Positions 30,435 through 39,984 of a stretch of DNA of 64,000 bases are shown piece after piece. The stretch's first letter is position 1; every line of letters starts with the position of its first letter. The notes under the pieces are model-generated. The model did no database searches, had not been told where the DNA came from, and saw only the letters and a list, made by a program, of their open reading frames with translations. The DNA is from Candidatus Latescibacterota bacterium (GTDB lineage Bacteria; Latescibacterota; UBA2968; UBA8231). A program made the translations under genes and the position numbers. Location of the stretch: contig CBDCXV010000002.1 of NCBI GenBank assembly GCA_965223905.1, positions 544,001 through 608,000 of the forward strand, written 5' to 3'.

Positions 30435-32267
30435 ATGTACGAGCAGTTGGAAATTCATTTTGAAGGACAGACGGAGTTCGTCGCCACCGACCGGCAGTGC
30501 AAGCCCCTGCGGCTGTTCGTCGCATGTCCGGCCGGCCTGGAAGCCGGCGCCGACGTGCGCGTTTCCGTCAGCACCTTCCATACCTATTCACACCAGTGGA
30601 CGCTGGCAGACCCGTTTGTCGAAGGGGGCGAGGGCGTGGTGGTGATCGGCCACGGGCTGCCGGGCGACTGGACCGATCTGACCCGGGGCGGCGACGGTCC
30701 TGCCGGCGGCGGCCTGGTGGGGCGGCCGGTCAACGAGGTCTACCTGTGCACCGTCCAGGTCACCGGGTCGCTGAGCCCGGGAGCGCGGCTGGTCTTTCCC
30801 TTTGGAATTGCGCCGTCGCCTCATGCGGATGTAGGCGGCGCCCTGCAGGTGCGGGTGCGGCGGCCCGAAGCCGAGGTGTTCGAGAAGGTTGGCGAGCCGA
30901 TTCCGCTGCTCAACGCCCCCGGCCCCCTGACGCGGCTGGAGGGCCGGATCTCCGCTACGGCCGACGCGGAAGGAAAGCGCAGGGTCGTGATCTTCGCCAC
31001 GGACGACAATCTCAATCCGATACCCTCTTACCGCGGGAAGGTGGCCGTGCAGGCCGACGGTGCGGTCGCCGGGCTGCCCGCCGAGGTGGAAACCCGCGCC
31101 GACGGCCGGGGCGTGGTCGAGGGCGTCGAGGTGCAGGCCGACGGCCCGGTCCGCATCGAGGTGAGCGATTACGAACGCGGGCTCGAAGCCCGGGGCGGTC
31201 CGGCGCATGCGGTCGGCGAGCGCGGCCATTACTTCGGGGGCATCCACTTCCACACGCGGCTTTCGGTGGACGGCGACCGCGAACCGCGCGCGGCCTACGC
31301 CTATGCCCGCGACCACCTCAACCTCGACGTGATCGCGATGACGGACCACGCCCCGATCGGCCCCGGGTGGGAGGAGTGCCTGGCGGTAAACGAGGAGTTC
31401 AACGAGCCGGGCGGCTTCGTGACGATCCCCGCGTGGGAAAGCTCCAACGCCTACGGACACGCCAACCTCTACCTGCGCACCCCGGAGGTCGACGGCGGCA
31501 CCTGGCACTGGAAGCCGGAGCTCTGCCCCTCGGAGGTGGCCTGGGACCGGGACGTGGTCGTGGTGCCGCACCATCCCAACTGCGGACAGCCCATCGAGTA
31601 CGGCAAGCACCGCGAGGTCATGGGCAAGTCGTTCTACTGGTCCGAGTACCACTGGGAGTTCCCCAACGAGCGGGCGAGGCTGGTCGAAATCGTCCAGGGG
31701 CGGGGCAATTTCGAGGCGGACGCGCTCGACGAGTACTGGGGTATTCGCAACGGGGGGATGGGTGCTTCGGTGCAGGATGCCTTCGCCAGGGGCTGGCGCC
31801 TGGGTTTCGTGGCCGGGACCGACAACCACCAGGGGCACCCGACGCAGAACCCGGACGGCTACGTCGGGATGACCTGTTTCCGCGCGGCGGAGCTGACCCG
31901 CGAGGCGGTGTGGCAGGCGATGGACGAGCGCTGGACCTACGCGACGTCCGGCGTGCCGATCGTCTGCGACTACGCCGTCAACGGCGTGCGCTCCGGCGCC
32001 GAGGGGGTGCTGGCCGAAGGAGAGAAGGAAGTGCACTTCTCCGCCAGCCTGCACGGGACTGCGCCGATCGAGCGGGTGGAGATCATCGCCGGCGGGCAGT
32101 GCGTCTGGCAGGACGCGCCCGATTCCTGGGACGTGGAGATCGCCGGGGCCGAGCTGCCGGCGCCGGAAGGGACGGGGTCCTGCTACTACCTGAGGCTGCG
32201 GCAGAAGGACGGGCACCGGGCGTGGTTGAGCCCGGTGTGGCTCGACCGGGAGAACGGGGCGCGGTGA
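30435..32267 (+). CDS. DUF3604/PHP-fold metallohydrolase
   Basis: H.HT.LS.DG, TDH, GH.N, PHH, LVEI, G.VAGTDNH, E.TREAVW.A...R.TYATSG, YYLRL.Q.DG..AWLSPVW. Confidence 0.85.
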   Translation: MYEQLEIHFEGQTEFVATDRQCKPLRLFVACPAGLEAGADVRVSVSTFHTYSHQWTLADPFVEGGEGVVVIGHGLPGDWTDLTRGGDGPAGGGLVGRPVNEVYLCTVQVTGSLSPGARLVFPFGIAPSPHADVGGALQVRVRRPEAEVFEKVGEPIPLLNAPGPLTRLEGRISATADAEGKRRVVIFATDDNLNPIPSYRGKVAVQADGAVAGLPAEVETRADGRGVVEGVEVQADGPVRIEVSDYERGLEARGGPAHAVGERGHYFGGIHFHTRLSVDGDREPRAAYAYARDHLNLDVIAMTDHAPIGPGWEECLAVNEEFNEPGGFVTIPAWESSNAYGHANLYLRTPEVDGGTWHWKPELCPSEVAWDRDVVVVPHHPNCGQPIEYGKHREVMGKSFYWSEYHWEFPNERARLVEIVQGRGNFEADALDEYWGIRNGGMGASVQDAFARGWRLGFVAGTDNHQGHPTQNPDGYVGMTCFRAAELTREAVWQAMDERWTYATSGVPIVCDYAVNGVRSGAEGVLAEGEKEVHFSASLHGTAPIERVEIIAGGQCVWQDAPDSWDVEIAGAELPAPEGTGSCYYLRLRQKDGHRAWLSPVWLDRENGAR

Positions 32268-32458
32268 ACGGCAGGAGCCGGGCCGGCATACAGCCAGGTG
32301 TACGCGTTGCCATAGTGCAGAAGCAGGACCAGGGCACGGGCCGTCTGACCGAGGGGGTCGTGCGGGATATCCTCACCCGGTCGGCGTCGCATCCGCACGG
32401 GATAAAGGTGCGCCTCGAGACCGGCGAAGTCGGCAGGGTCAGACAGGTGAGCCGGTAG
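32264..32458 (+). CDS. ywbE: YwbE/DUF2196 family small protein
   Basis: V.IVQKQDQ.TG.LTEG.V.DILT.S..HPHGIKVRL..G.VGRV. GTGA overlap with the upstream gene. Confidence 0.9.
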   Translation: MNGRSRAGIQPGVRVAIVQKQDQGTGRLTEGVVRDILTRSASHPHGIKVRLETGEVGRVRQVSR

Positions 32459-32545
32459 AAACGGCCGCCTTGCAAAGGGCGGGATTTCGCGTCATGCAGC
32501 GCCGGCCGAATTCACGCGGAATTGCGCCCGCAGGCACTGGCTCTC

Positions 32546-34693
32546 TTACGGCGCCGTCGAGAGCCGTTCCACCGTCTGGCCGCAGTCGATCAAGTCGGTG
32601 CCCGTCATATCGAGGGTGCTGGTTTCATAAGCCTGCACACAACGGAACCCGTCCTCGATCGTGGCGCCGGACAGGTCGGCGTTTCCCGTTCTACCCACGC
32701 GGATGCCATACCAGTTGGCATCGGAGGCTACGCCGGCTTCATCGGATGAACGAAAGGTGATGTTGCCGGCGCGAGCGTCGAGGGTGCCCTCGACGATGAG
32801 CTCCGAACGGAGGTCGTCATTGCCGCCTCCGGTCTCATCCCCCGGGGCGAACGCCACGGTCGTTCCCGCAGACAGGGTCAATTTCACACCGGCAGGAATC
32901 TTCACATCCCCGCTCAATGCGACGAGATCGTCCCAGGGTTCGAAGCGGAACAGCTTCCCCTCTCCCGGACCCAGGGATAGTGAAAAGGAAGGGGAAGGGC
33001 CGTTGCTGGTCGCTACCATCTCTTTGGTATGGAGATCCCTGACCAGGTAAGAATAGGCGGGGCCGTTCAATTCGGACGGATCCAGTTTGACGGTCACCGT
33101 CCGAGGCCTGGGAAAATAGGAGGGCTCGCAGCGGCGGTTGACGACCATCAGGTAACGCGTGCCATCCGCATGGGTAAAGGTGCCCAGGTGGTAGTCTGCC
33201 GGATCGGAGAGGCGCCGGACCAGGGATTCGGGAGCGTCGCCGCGGAAGACCGCGTCTGAAGTCAACTGCAACAGGGTATCGTCCAGTTCCTGCAGCATTT
33301 TGTTGAGGGCCTGCACTTCTCTCCATTTGGGGGTGATGCGGTAGTTTCCGTCTACCAGGCCCTGTATGTCGGCCCTGCCGTCGGCATTGGTATGGCTGGA
33401 ATACATGAAGTAGTAGATGCCCGTCACGCCGTGGGCGAGAACGAGATTGACCTGAACCCGGATTTCCTCCGGCGTCGGGTCGTGGAAGCGGTTGGGGATG
33501 CCAAATGCCTGGATAATCGCCCAAAGAGGTATGCCGGCACCCTTTGCCACCTCCCGTGCGCGTCCATACAAGGTGACGAATCTATCCAGGGAACTCTGCA
33601 GGCGGGTCGCATATCTTGCCTTACCGGGCCTCGGCAGGGAAGGCCCCAAAGTATAGAAATCAACCAGGAATTCCGAAGGGAAAACCGTGCCCACGAAATG
33701 CCGCATGAAATCCTTGCGGGTCTCGTGGAACGCCACCACCCCCGACTTGCCGGTCTGCGCCTTTATCAATTCGTTCACATAGGCGATGCTCTCGTCCTTT
33801 TCCGTCCACCGGGGCTCATCGTCCGCGTAGAAGCGCCAGGGTTGGTCGACCGATATGCCGTCATATGAGGCCAGGTCGTTCACGATATCGGCGTCATAGT
33901 ATCCGGAGAAGAGCCTGTAGCCGTATTGGTCGTGGGCCCTGATCCTGTCCACCCAGAGGTTCCCTGTCCCGCTCCAGTCGATCTGGTAGCGCACCCAGTC
34001 GCCGCTGCGAGGCACGGAATAGCGGATCAGGAAATCCTGGTAGGTATCGACGGCGCGAAACTCCAGTTTTCGCACATCCCGCGTGCGCAATACCGTGCCG
34101 TCGGAATGCCTGAGGATTCTGAGAGTGGCGATCGGGTCCGGGCCGCTGTTGTCGTCCGTCTTCAGGCGGAAGACATGTATCCCGTGGCGCGCCCTGTTTT
34201 CAACTACTTGCCCCCGGTCATTCAGTTTCTGTTCCCTGTAACGCAGGAAAATCCCGGAGCCCTCCGGGGGGGTGTCGAGAAGGAGGCCCGGGGTGTGATC
34301 TGCCGTATTCGCATGCCAGGCATCTCCGTCCTGCGTTCCGACAGGATGGGTGAACCTCCTGTTCTCCGCTTCCACGGTCTTGGTCCAATAGGTTCGGGTT
34401 CGGGTCCGCCAGGTTGGAGGCATATTCCAGTTGTACAACTGAACATTCAGTCCCCGCTGGTGCGCCAGGTCCAGGAAGACGCCATTGACCGACGCATCGT
34501 TTCTTCCTTCGAGAGCGGCGTGGATGGTGTTGAAGTTGGCATCGACTACCTGGTCGAGCCGCGCGGCAAACTGTGCCGATTGATTGTTGAACAGGCCCGG
34601 AAACCAGGCCCCGATGGGAAATTCCTGCGCAAGACCCAACCTGTGACAAAAGAAAACAAGGGCCGAAAAAAGCAGGATTTGATGGGCCTTCAC
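32546..34693 (-). CDS. Secreted glycoside-hydrolase-like (TIM-barrel) protein with inserted CBM-like domain and partial beta-helix tail
   Basis: Signal peptide, FPIGAW, FNT, FYADDEP, D.Y, W.IIQAF, PT.EEIR.Q..L.LAHG.TGI.YF.Y. GTG start overlaps the upstream stop. Confidence 0.65.
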   Translation of the reverse strand: MKAHQILLFSALVFFCHRLGLAQEFPIGAWFPGLFNNQSAQFAARLDQVVDANFNTIHAALEGRNDASVNGVFLDLAHQRGLNVQLYNWNMPPTWRTRTRTYWTKTVEAENRRFTHPVGTQDGDAWHANTADHTPGLLLDTPPEGSGIFLRYREQKLNDRGQVVENRARHGIHVFRLKTDDNSGPDPIATLRILRHSDGTVLRTRDVRKLEFRAVDTYQDFLIRYSVPRSGDWVRYQIDWSGTGNLWVDRIRAHDQYGYRLFSGYYDADIVNDLASYDGISVDQPWRFYADDEPRWTEKDESIAYVNELIKAQTGKSGVVAFHETRKDFMRHFVGTVFPSEFLVDFYTLGPSLPRPGKARYATRLQSSLDRFVTLYGRAREVAKGAGIPLWAIIQAFGIPNRFHDPTPEEIRVQVNLVLAHGVTGIYYFMYSSHTNADGRADIQGLVDGNYRITPKWREVQALNKMLQELDDTLLQLTSDAVFRGDAPESLVRRLSDPADYHLGTFTHADGTRYLMVVNRRCEPSYFPRPRTVTVKLDPSELNGPAYSYLVRDLHTKEMVATSNGPSPSFSLSLGPGEGKLFRFEPWDDLVALSGDVKIPAGVKLTLSAGTTVAFAPGDETGGGNDDLRSELIVEGTLDARAGNITFRSSDEAGVASDANWYGIRVGRTGNADLSGATIEDGFRCVQAYETSTLDMTGTDLIDCGQTVERLSTAP

Positions 34694-35463
34694 TCTAGTT
34701 CTCCATTTGCTTGATCGCTCTTGATGCTTCCCCATAGTCGGGGCTCGACAACAGTCGAGATGCGCACCTCCACGGGGCCCCATGGGACTTCGAAATAGGT
34801 ATCTCCGTCCGGGACGAAATCGTGCGAACCGTTTTTAGTGGTTTTGGCCGTCCACTTGAAGTTGAAATACCCTCTTTCTTCTTCTTCCAGAGTGTCTCCG
34901 GGACTGCCCAACGCCGACCAGGGGACAGCCCCTTCCAGCCATTGACCCGACAGCGCTACCTCCACTTCAGTCAGATCCTCGCCTTCGGTGACAACCCATT
35001 GATCTCCGACGAGACGGCGGTAAACCTCTTTGGTGAGCCCCCCATTCCGGCCGACGATTTCGATTCGATGATCCGGGAGAAACCCGACCCAGGGCGGCGT
35101 GGCCTCGCCAAGGGTCGAATCGGCCGACACGTCGAAGAACAGCTCCACCGAAGTCTGGGCCGAATCCTGAAAGGGATCCTCCAGAAACCTGAAAATGAAG
35201 GCGAACAGCTCCTCCGTTCCGTTCGCATCGTCCCGGCGGAAAGAACCGAGTCCATAGCCGTAGGTAATGATATCAATGCTGCTGTTGGTATCGGGGGTGA
35301 CATCGTAAAATTCATCCCCCTCCGCGGGACCGCCCCGTCCCCAATCTCCCCAGTCTCCGTCGACGACGAACTCCGAGGTATCCTGGGCATGGGCCGTATC
35401 GGTGCCATTTCCCGGCATGAGGGCGCAGACCGAACCGAAGAGCAGGTTCCATATCACGCGCAT
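34690..35463 (-). CDS. Secreted hypothetical protein with C-terminal WGSIK motif
   Basis: Signal peptide, VDGD.GDW, LE.AVPW..LG (DOMON/CBM9-like), tail STVVEPRLWGSIK. Confidence 0.7.
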   Translation of the reverse strand: MRVIWNLLFGSVCALMPGNGTDTAHAQDTSEFVVDGDWGDWGRGGPAEGDEFYDVTPDTNSSIDIITYGYGLGSFRRDDANGTEELFAFIFRFLEDPFQDSAQTSVELFFDVSADSTLGEATPPWVGFLPDHRIEIVGRNGGLTKEVYRRLVGDQWVVTEGEDLTEVEVALSGQWLEGAVPWSALGSPGDTLEEEERGYFNFKWTAKTTKNGSHDFVPDGDTYFEVPWGPVEVRISTVVEPRLWGSIKSDQANGELE

Positions 35464-35614
35464 GGCAGGAGTCCTTTCAGTGAGAATGAGCTGTTGCGGC
35501 TCTGCATCCGGTTTCGGCCGTTTCAAGGCAGACCGAAAAGTACTGCGCACTATTGAGAAGGTTTCACGCTGTCCCGGCCTTCATACACCGGGGTCGGTCA
35601 AGACCGATGGAAAA

Positions 35615-37231
35615 CTACTTGAGATAGATCAGTCTCCGCGTCTGCTCCCCGCCGGGCCAGGTCAGGCGGGTGAAATAGATCCCCGCTGCGACCGCGGCCC
35701 CCCGCCGATCGCGCGCATCCCAGGAGACCCGGTACGCGCCCGCGGCCTGGGTCTCGTCAACCAGCGTATGTACCTGTTGCCCCAGGAGGTTGTAGATCTC
35801 CAGCCGCACCGGACCGGAGGCGGCCAGGCGGTAGGCGATGCGGGTGCCGGCGTTGAATGGGTTGGGCGTGTTGGGATGCAGCTCGCTGGCAACCAATCCT
35901 TCCGGCGCCGCGACCTTGGCCGCGGCCAGCGGTTCGACCGACACCACCTGCATGCCGCCACCCAGGGTCAGTTCCAGGAACTGGCGCTCGTCGCTGTTGA
36001 GAGGAATGCTGTGCCACTGGCCCACCACCTTTCCGGCGGCGGTGAGGGCGCGGGCCTCGTAGAAGCCGCTGACGCCGGGGAAGAGGGTCAGTTCCAGCCG
36101 CCCCGCCGTGTCGGTGACGGCCCTCCAGACGTAGTGGCGGCGGCGTCCGGCGATGGCCCGGGAAAACTCGACGGTCAGCCCCTCGACCATGCCGCCCAGG
36201 ACCGCGGCCTCCACTTTGGTGCGGGGCGCCAGATCCCACAGCACTACCGAGAAATGACTGCTCTCGCTCCCACTCCTGCTCCTGCTGCCGCTGGCCAGGG
36301 TGTTGCCATCCGGGGAGAACGCCACCGAAGAGACCCAGCTCTCATGTCCATCGAGGGCAAGGGTGGCCCTGAGCTGTCCGGTCTCCACGTCCCACAGCCG
36401 GATCGCGAGGTCGTGAGCGCTGGCCAGGGTATTGCCGTCCGGCGCGAACGCCAGGGACCATACCCATTCCGCAGGTCCCTCCGCCGTATATCCCTCCCAG
36501 GTAGTCTCCGGATCTCCGGTGCCTGCGTCCCAGAACCGGATCGTCCCGTCCCAGCTGCCGCTGGCCAGGGTCTTGCCGTCCGGCGAGAACGCAACCGCCT
36601 GGATCCAACCTGTATGCCCCTCCAGGGTATTCCTGAGCTGCCCGGTGCCCGCATCCCACAACCGGATCGTATAGTCCCCGCCGGCACTGGCCAGGGTTTT
36701 GCGGTCGGGAGAGAATGCAAGGGCCTCGACCTCCCCTGTATGTTCCTCCAGGGTATTCCTGAGCTGTCCGGTCCTGACCTCCCATAACCGGATGGCGTGG
36801 TCCCTGCCGCCGCTGGCCAGGGTCTTGCCGTCCGGGGAGAACGCCAGGGAACGGACGAAACCCGCAGGGCCGTCAAGGGTGGCCTTGAGCTTTCCCGTGC
36901 TGACCTTCCACAACCGGATTTCCCCACCACTTTCTCCGGCGAGGGTCCTGCTGCCGGGTGCGAACGCCACCGATCGGACGAACCCTGAACCAAGGCGGGC
37001 CTTGAGTCGGCCGGTCCGTGCACTGTAGAGCCAGATACCGATGGTGCTGGGCGCCGCCAGCCAGGCGCCATTGGGCGAATAGGCGATTTCACCGGTAAGT
37101 ACCGCTTCGCCAAAGCGTGCTCTGGTGCCATTGGGTAAAACCAGGCGGGAATGCTCCCTGGCGAGGCTGTCCTCCATGAACACGCAGGACAGCAACAGGA
37201 AGGTGAGATGGAACAACCGGGTCGTTTTCAT
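35615..37231 (-). CDS. Secreted WD40-repeat protein with FlgD-Ig CTD
   Basis: About 7 repeats of AFSPDG.TLAS...D..IRLW.......TLEGH. NTPNPFN...IYNLLGQ...WDARD...GIYF. Confidence 0.9.
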   Translation of the reverse strand: MKTTRLFHLTFLLLSCVFMEDSLAREHSRLVLPNGTRARFGEAVLTGEIAYSPNGAWLAAPSTIGIWLYSARTGRLKARLGSGFVRSVAFAPGSRTLAGESGGEIRLWKVSTGKLKATLDGPAGFVRSLAFSPDGKTLASGGRDHAIRLWEVRTGQLRNTLEEHTGEVEALAFSPDRKTLASAGGDYTIRLWDAGTGQLRNTLEGHTGWIQAVAFSPDGKTLASGSWDGTIRFWDAGTGDPETTWEGYTAEGPAEWVWSLAFAPDGNTLASAHDLAIRLWDVETGQLRATLALDGHESWVSSVAFSPDGNTLASGSRSRSGSESSHFSVVLWDLAPRTKVEAAVLGGMVEGLTVEFSRAIAGRRRHYVWRAVTDTAGRLELTLFPGVSGFYEARALTAAGKVVGQWHSIPLNSDERQFLELTLGGGMQVVSVEPLAAAKVAAPEGLVASELHPNTPNPFNAGTRIAYRLAASGPVRLEIYNLLGQQVHTLVDETQAAGAYRVSWDARDRRGAAVAAGIYFTRLTWPGGEQTRRLIYLK

Positions 37232-37567
37232 CCGAAGACGCTCAACATGCGAATGCTGTTTCAGGGGGACCTGGAGTTGACCCGGTTCCCTGGACACTCA
37301 ATTTCTCGAAAAAGTGGACGACTTCGATCATCTCCTGGCCCGGTCACGATCGCCGGGGACTTCAAGCGCCAGCTCGCCCGACTCGAAGCGTGTCGTAGTC
37401 GCTTAGGGCAGCCGCGGGAAGCGCGATCTGCAGGCGGGAGAGGTCCGTGGTTTTTCAGTCACTCCCAGCCGGCCCGAAGGCGGCCGATCTGTTGGTTTCC
37501 CTGTGTCGTTTCGGGGGTTGCTGAAAGCTACGCCATCCCTCCATCCGGTAAAAACCGAGGCCCTGAA

Positions 37568-37760
37568 ATGACCCCTCCCGTGCCCCTCAACTCCGGCGGG
37601 GCCGCCATCCAGACCACCAACCTCGCTGTCAGCAGCGACGGCATCCGCTTCGAGCAGCCGGAGCTGGGGTTGGTGGAGTTCAACGGCACGCGCAGGAACA
37701 ACGTCGAATCTCTCAGGGCTCCGGACAACTACCGGGGAGCTGCCGCCACGAATCCTCCCC
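37568..37760 (+). pseudogene. Fragment of a five-bladed-propeller glycosidase-like gene
   Basis: AVS.DGI.FE.PELGLVEF.G...NN motif with no full-length ORF. Confidence 0.45.
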
Positions 37761-37788
37761 GCCGAAGAAGTGAGAAAGACAGGACGAA

Positions 37789-38760
37789 ATGCCTGATTTG
37801 CCGGCCATTCAGGTCGAGACCTTGACCACCGTCCGCAAGGACGACAACCACAACGCCTTCACCGACCTGTGTGTCTACTCGGGCAGGTACTACCTGACCT
37901 TCCGGAGCTGCCCCGACGGCCACCGGGTCTCGAGCTCCGCTTGGGTCGTCGTCCTCGAGAGCGGCGACGGCCGCAGTTGGTCGGAGGCGTTCACCTTTTC
38001 AGTCCCCGGTCGCGACACCCGCGACCCCCACTTCCTCGTCTTCGGGGGGTCGCTGTTCGTCTACACCGGCACCTGGCTGCTGCACGAGGCGGGCGTTCCC
38101 CTGAACCTCAACGAACATCTCGGGTACGCGGCCTGGACCGCGGACGGTTCCGAGTGGAACGGGCCGGCGCAACTGGAGGGGACGTACGGCCATTACGTCT
38201 GGAGGGCGGCTTCCCACGGCGACCGCGCCTTTCTGTGCGGGCGCAGGCGCCGCGGCTATGGGTCCGGCATTGAGGACGAGCAGCAACCCGAGTCGATCGA
38301 GTCGGCGATGCTCGAAAGCAGCGACGGCCTGGTGTGGTCCTTCCGCTCCCTCTTCGCCCGGGATTTCGGCGATGAAACCGCGTTCCTGTTCGAGGAGGAC
38401 GGCTCCGCCGTGGCCCTGGTTCGCGACGGCTCCGGAAAGCGGGTCCGCATCTGCCGGTCCGCGCCGCCCTGGAAGGCCTGGACGTCCGCATGCCTAGAGC
38501 GCAATGTCGGCGGCCCCCTGCTGGCGCGATGGGGGGGCCGCTACCTCGTGGGAGGACGCAAGAGCATGGGGGACACCGCGGCGACCTCGCTCTGGTGGCT
38601 GCACGGGGAGGCGTTGCACGAAGCCGCGGAGCTGCCGAGCGGCGGCGACAGCTCTTATCCCGGGTTCGTGGCGCTGAGCGAGGAGCGGGGACTGCTGTCC
38701 TACTACTCGACCCACGAAGGCAGCACCGCCGTCTACCTCGCGGAGCTGTCGTGGCGTTAG
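37789..38760 (+). CDS. Sialidase/BNR-like beta-propeller protein
   Basis: HNAFTDL......YLTFR....H, Asp-box-like S.DG.SW and SSDG.VW, RDP, LPSGGD.SYPG, SYYS.HEG. Confidence 0.7.
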   Translation: MPDLPAIQVETLTTVRKDDNHNAFTDLCVYSGRYYLTFRSCPDGHRVSSSAWVVVLESGDGRSWSEAFTFSVPGRDTRDPHFLVFGGSLFVYTGTWLLHEAGVPLNLNEHLGYAAWTADGSEWNGPAQLEGTYGHYVWRAASHGDRAFLCGRRRRGYGSGIEDEQQPESIESAMLESSDGLVWSFRSLFARDFGDETAFLFEEDGSAVALVRDGSGKRVRICRSAPPWKAWTSACLERNVGGPLLARWGGRYLVGGRKSMGDTAATSLWWLHGEALHEAAELPSGGDSSYPGFVALSEERGLLSYYSTHEGSTAVYLAELSWR

Positions 38761-39055
38761 TGCCTGCGCGCGGAAGCAAGCGTACGAACGAGGGCGAGGA
38801 ACTACGCCCCTGCACCGAATGCGCCCGGCTCGCAAGGCGCCTGAACGAGTCGTACCGGGGATGCAGCGGCGACCGAATTCACGCGGAACGGTCCGCCCCG
38901 GATGATCCGCATCTGCTCGGATCCGCCGCAGCAGGAAGCCAGGAACTCGGGGGTATGGACCCCCGGATCGGGCGCCGTCATGCCCAGGCCGGCGTAGTCG
39001 ACGGCGCCCCACCGGCCGGTCGAGCGGGGGGCCGGGCGGCCCTATTTTCCTCCCC

Positions 39056-39982
39056 ATGAAGAACCTCTCCACGGAGCCGATCCGCGGCCGGCGGGTGTGG
39101 ACCGCGGCAACCATCGACGACGCCTCGGCCTGGACCACCGCCCTGAGCAACGAGTCCCTCGACGAGCTCGAGGCGCACGTCGGCGGCGAGGACACGGCGC
39201 CCCCGAGCCTCTCCCGTCCTCACCTGCCTCGTTGCGCCGAGCAGCTGGCCCCGGCGCGCGAGGAGCTGGATCGGGGCCGCGGCTTCGCCCTCGTGGAACG
39301 CCTCGACGAGGCCCGCTTCGGCCGCGGGACCGTGGCCGCGTACTGGGCCCTGGGCCGGCTCCTCGGACGGCCCTTCGCCCAGGACACGGCCGGCAACCTG
39401 CTCTACGACGTGCGCGACACCGGCCGCTCCGTGGCCGACGGCGCCCGCTTCTCCGTGACCCGCGCCGAGAGCACCTTCCACACCGACAACGCCTTCAACG
39501 AGCAGCTGCCGGACTTCGTCGGGCTCCTCTGCCGGCGCGCCGCCCTCGAGGGCGGACGGAGCCAGCTCATCAACGCCATGGCCCTCTACAACGAGCTGCT
39601 GGGCTCCGTCGATCCGGAGACCCTGCACGGGGCCTTCTGGTTCGACCGGCGCGGCCAGGAGGGACGGGAGGAGCCCCCCATCGCCCGCCGCCGGATCTTC
39701 ACCCGGAACGGCGACGAGCTGTCCATGCGCTACATGGCCTACTACATCGAGGTCGGCCAGGAGCGGGCGGGCGAGGCCCTGACCCCCGCCCAGGCCCGCT
39801 TCCTCGAGGCCGTGGAGGAGGTCCTGGCGCGCCCCGGGATGCGCGTGGAGTTCGACCTGGGGCAGGGGCAGATGTTGTTCACCAACAACCACTGGATCCT
39901 GCACAACCGCACGGCCTTCACCGATCACCCGGAGGCCGCGGACCGGCGGCATTGCGTGCGGCTGTGGCTGCGCCGCAACTGA
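39056..39982 (+). CDS. TauD/TfdA family Fe(II)/2-oxoglutarate dioxygenase
   Basis: FHTD, VGLLC...A..GG.S, G.M.F.NN..ILHNRTAF.D, R...RLWL. Confidence 0.92.
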   Translation: MKNLSTEPIRGRRVWTAATIDDASAWTTALSNESLDELEAHVGGEDTAPPSLSRPHLPRCAEQLAPAREELDRGRGFALVERLDEARFGRGTVAAYWALGRLLGRPFAQDTAGNLLYDVRDTGRSVADGARFSVTRAESTFHTDNAFNEQLPDFVGLLCRRAALEGGRSQLINAMALYNELLGSVDPETLHGAFWFDRRGQEGREEPPIARRRIFTRNGDELSMRYMAYYIEVGQERAGEALTPAQARFLEAVEEVLARPGMRVEFDLGQGQMLFTNNHWILHNRTAFTDHPEAADRRHCVRLWLRRN

Positions 39983-39984
39983 GC

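Noticed and set aside
39097-39984. N-terminal ~296 aa of the 777-aa ORF
   Set aside because: Arg/Gly/Pro-rich off-frame read of the TauD gene. The real protein starts at the globin domain.
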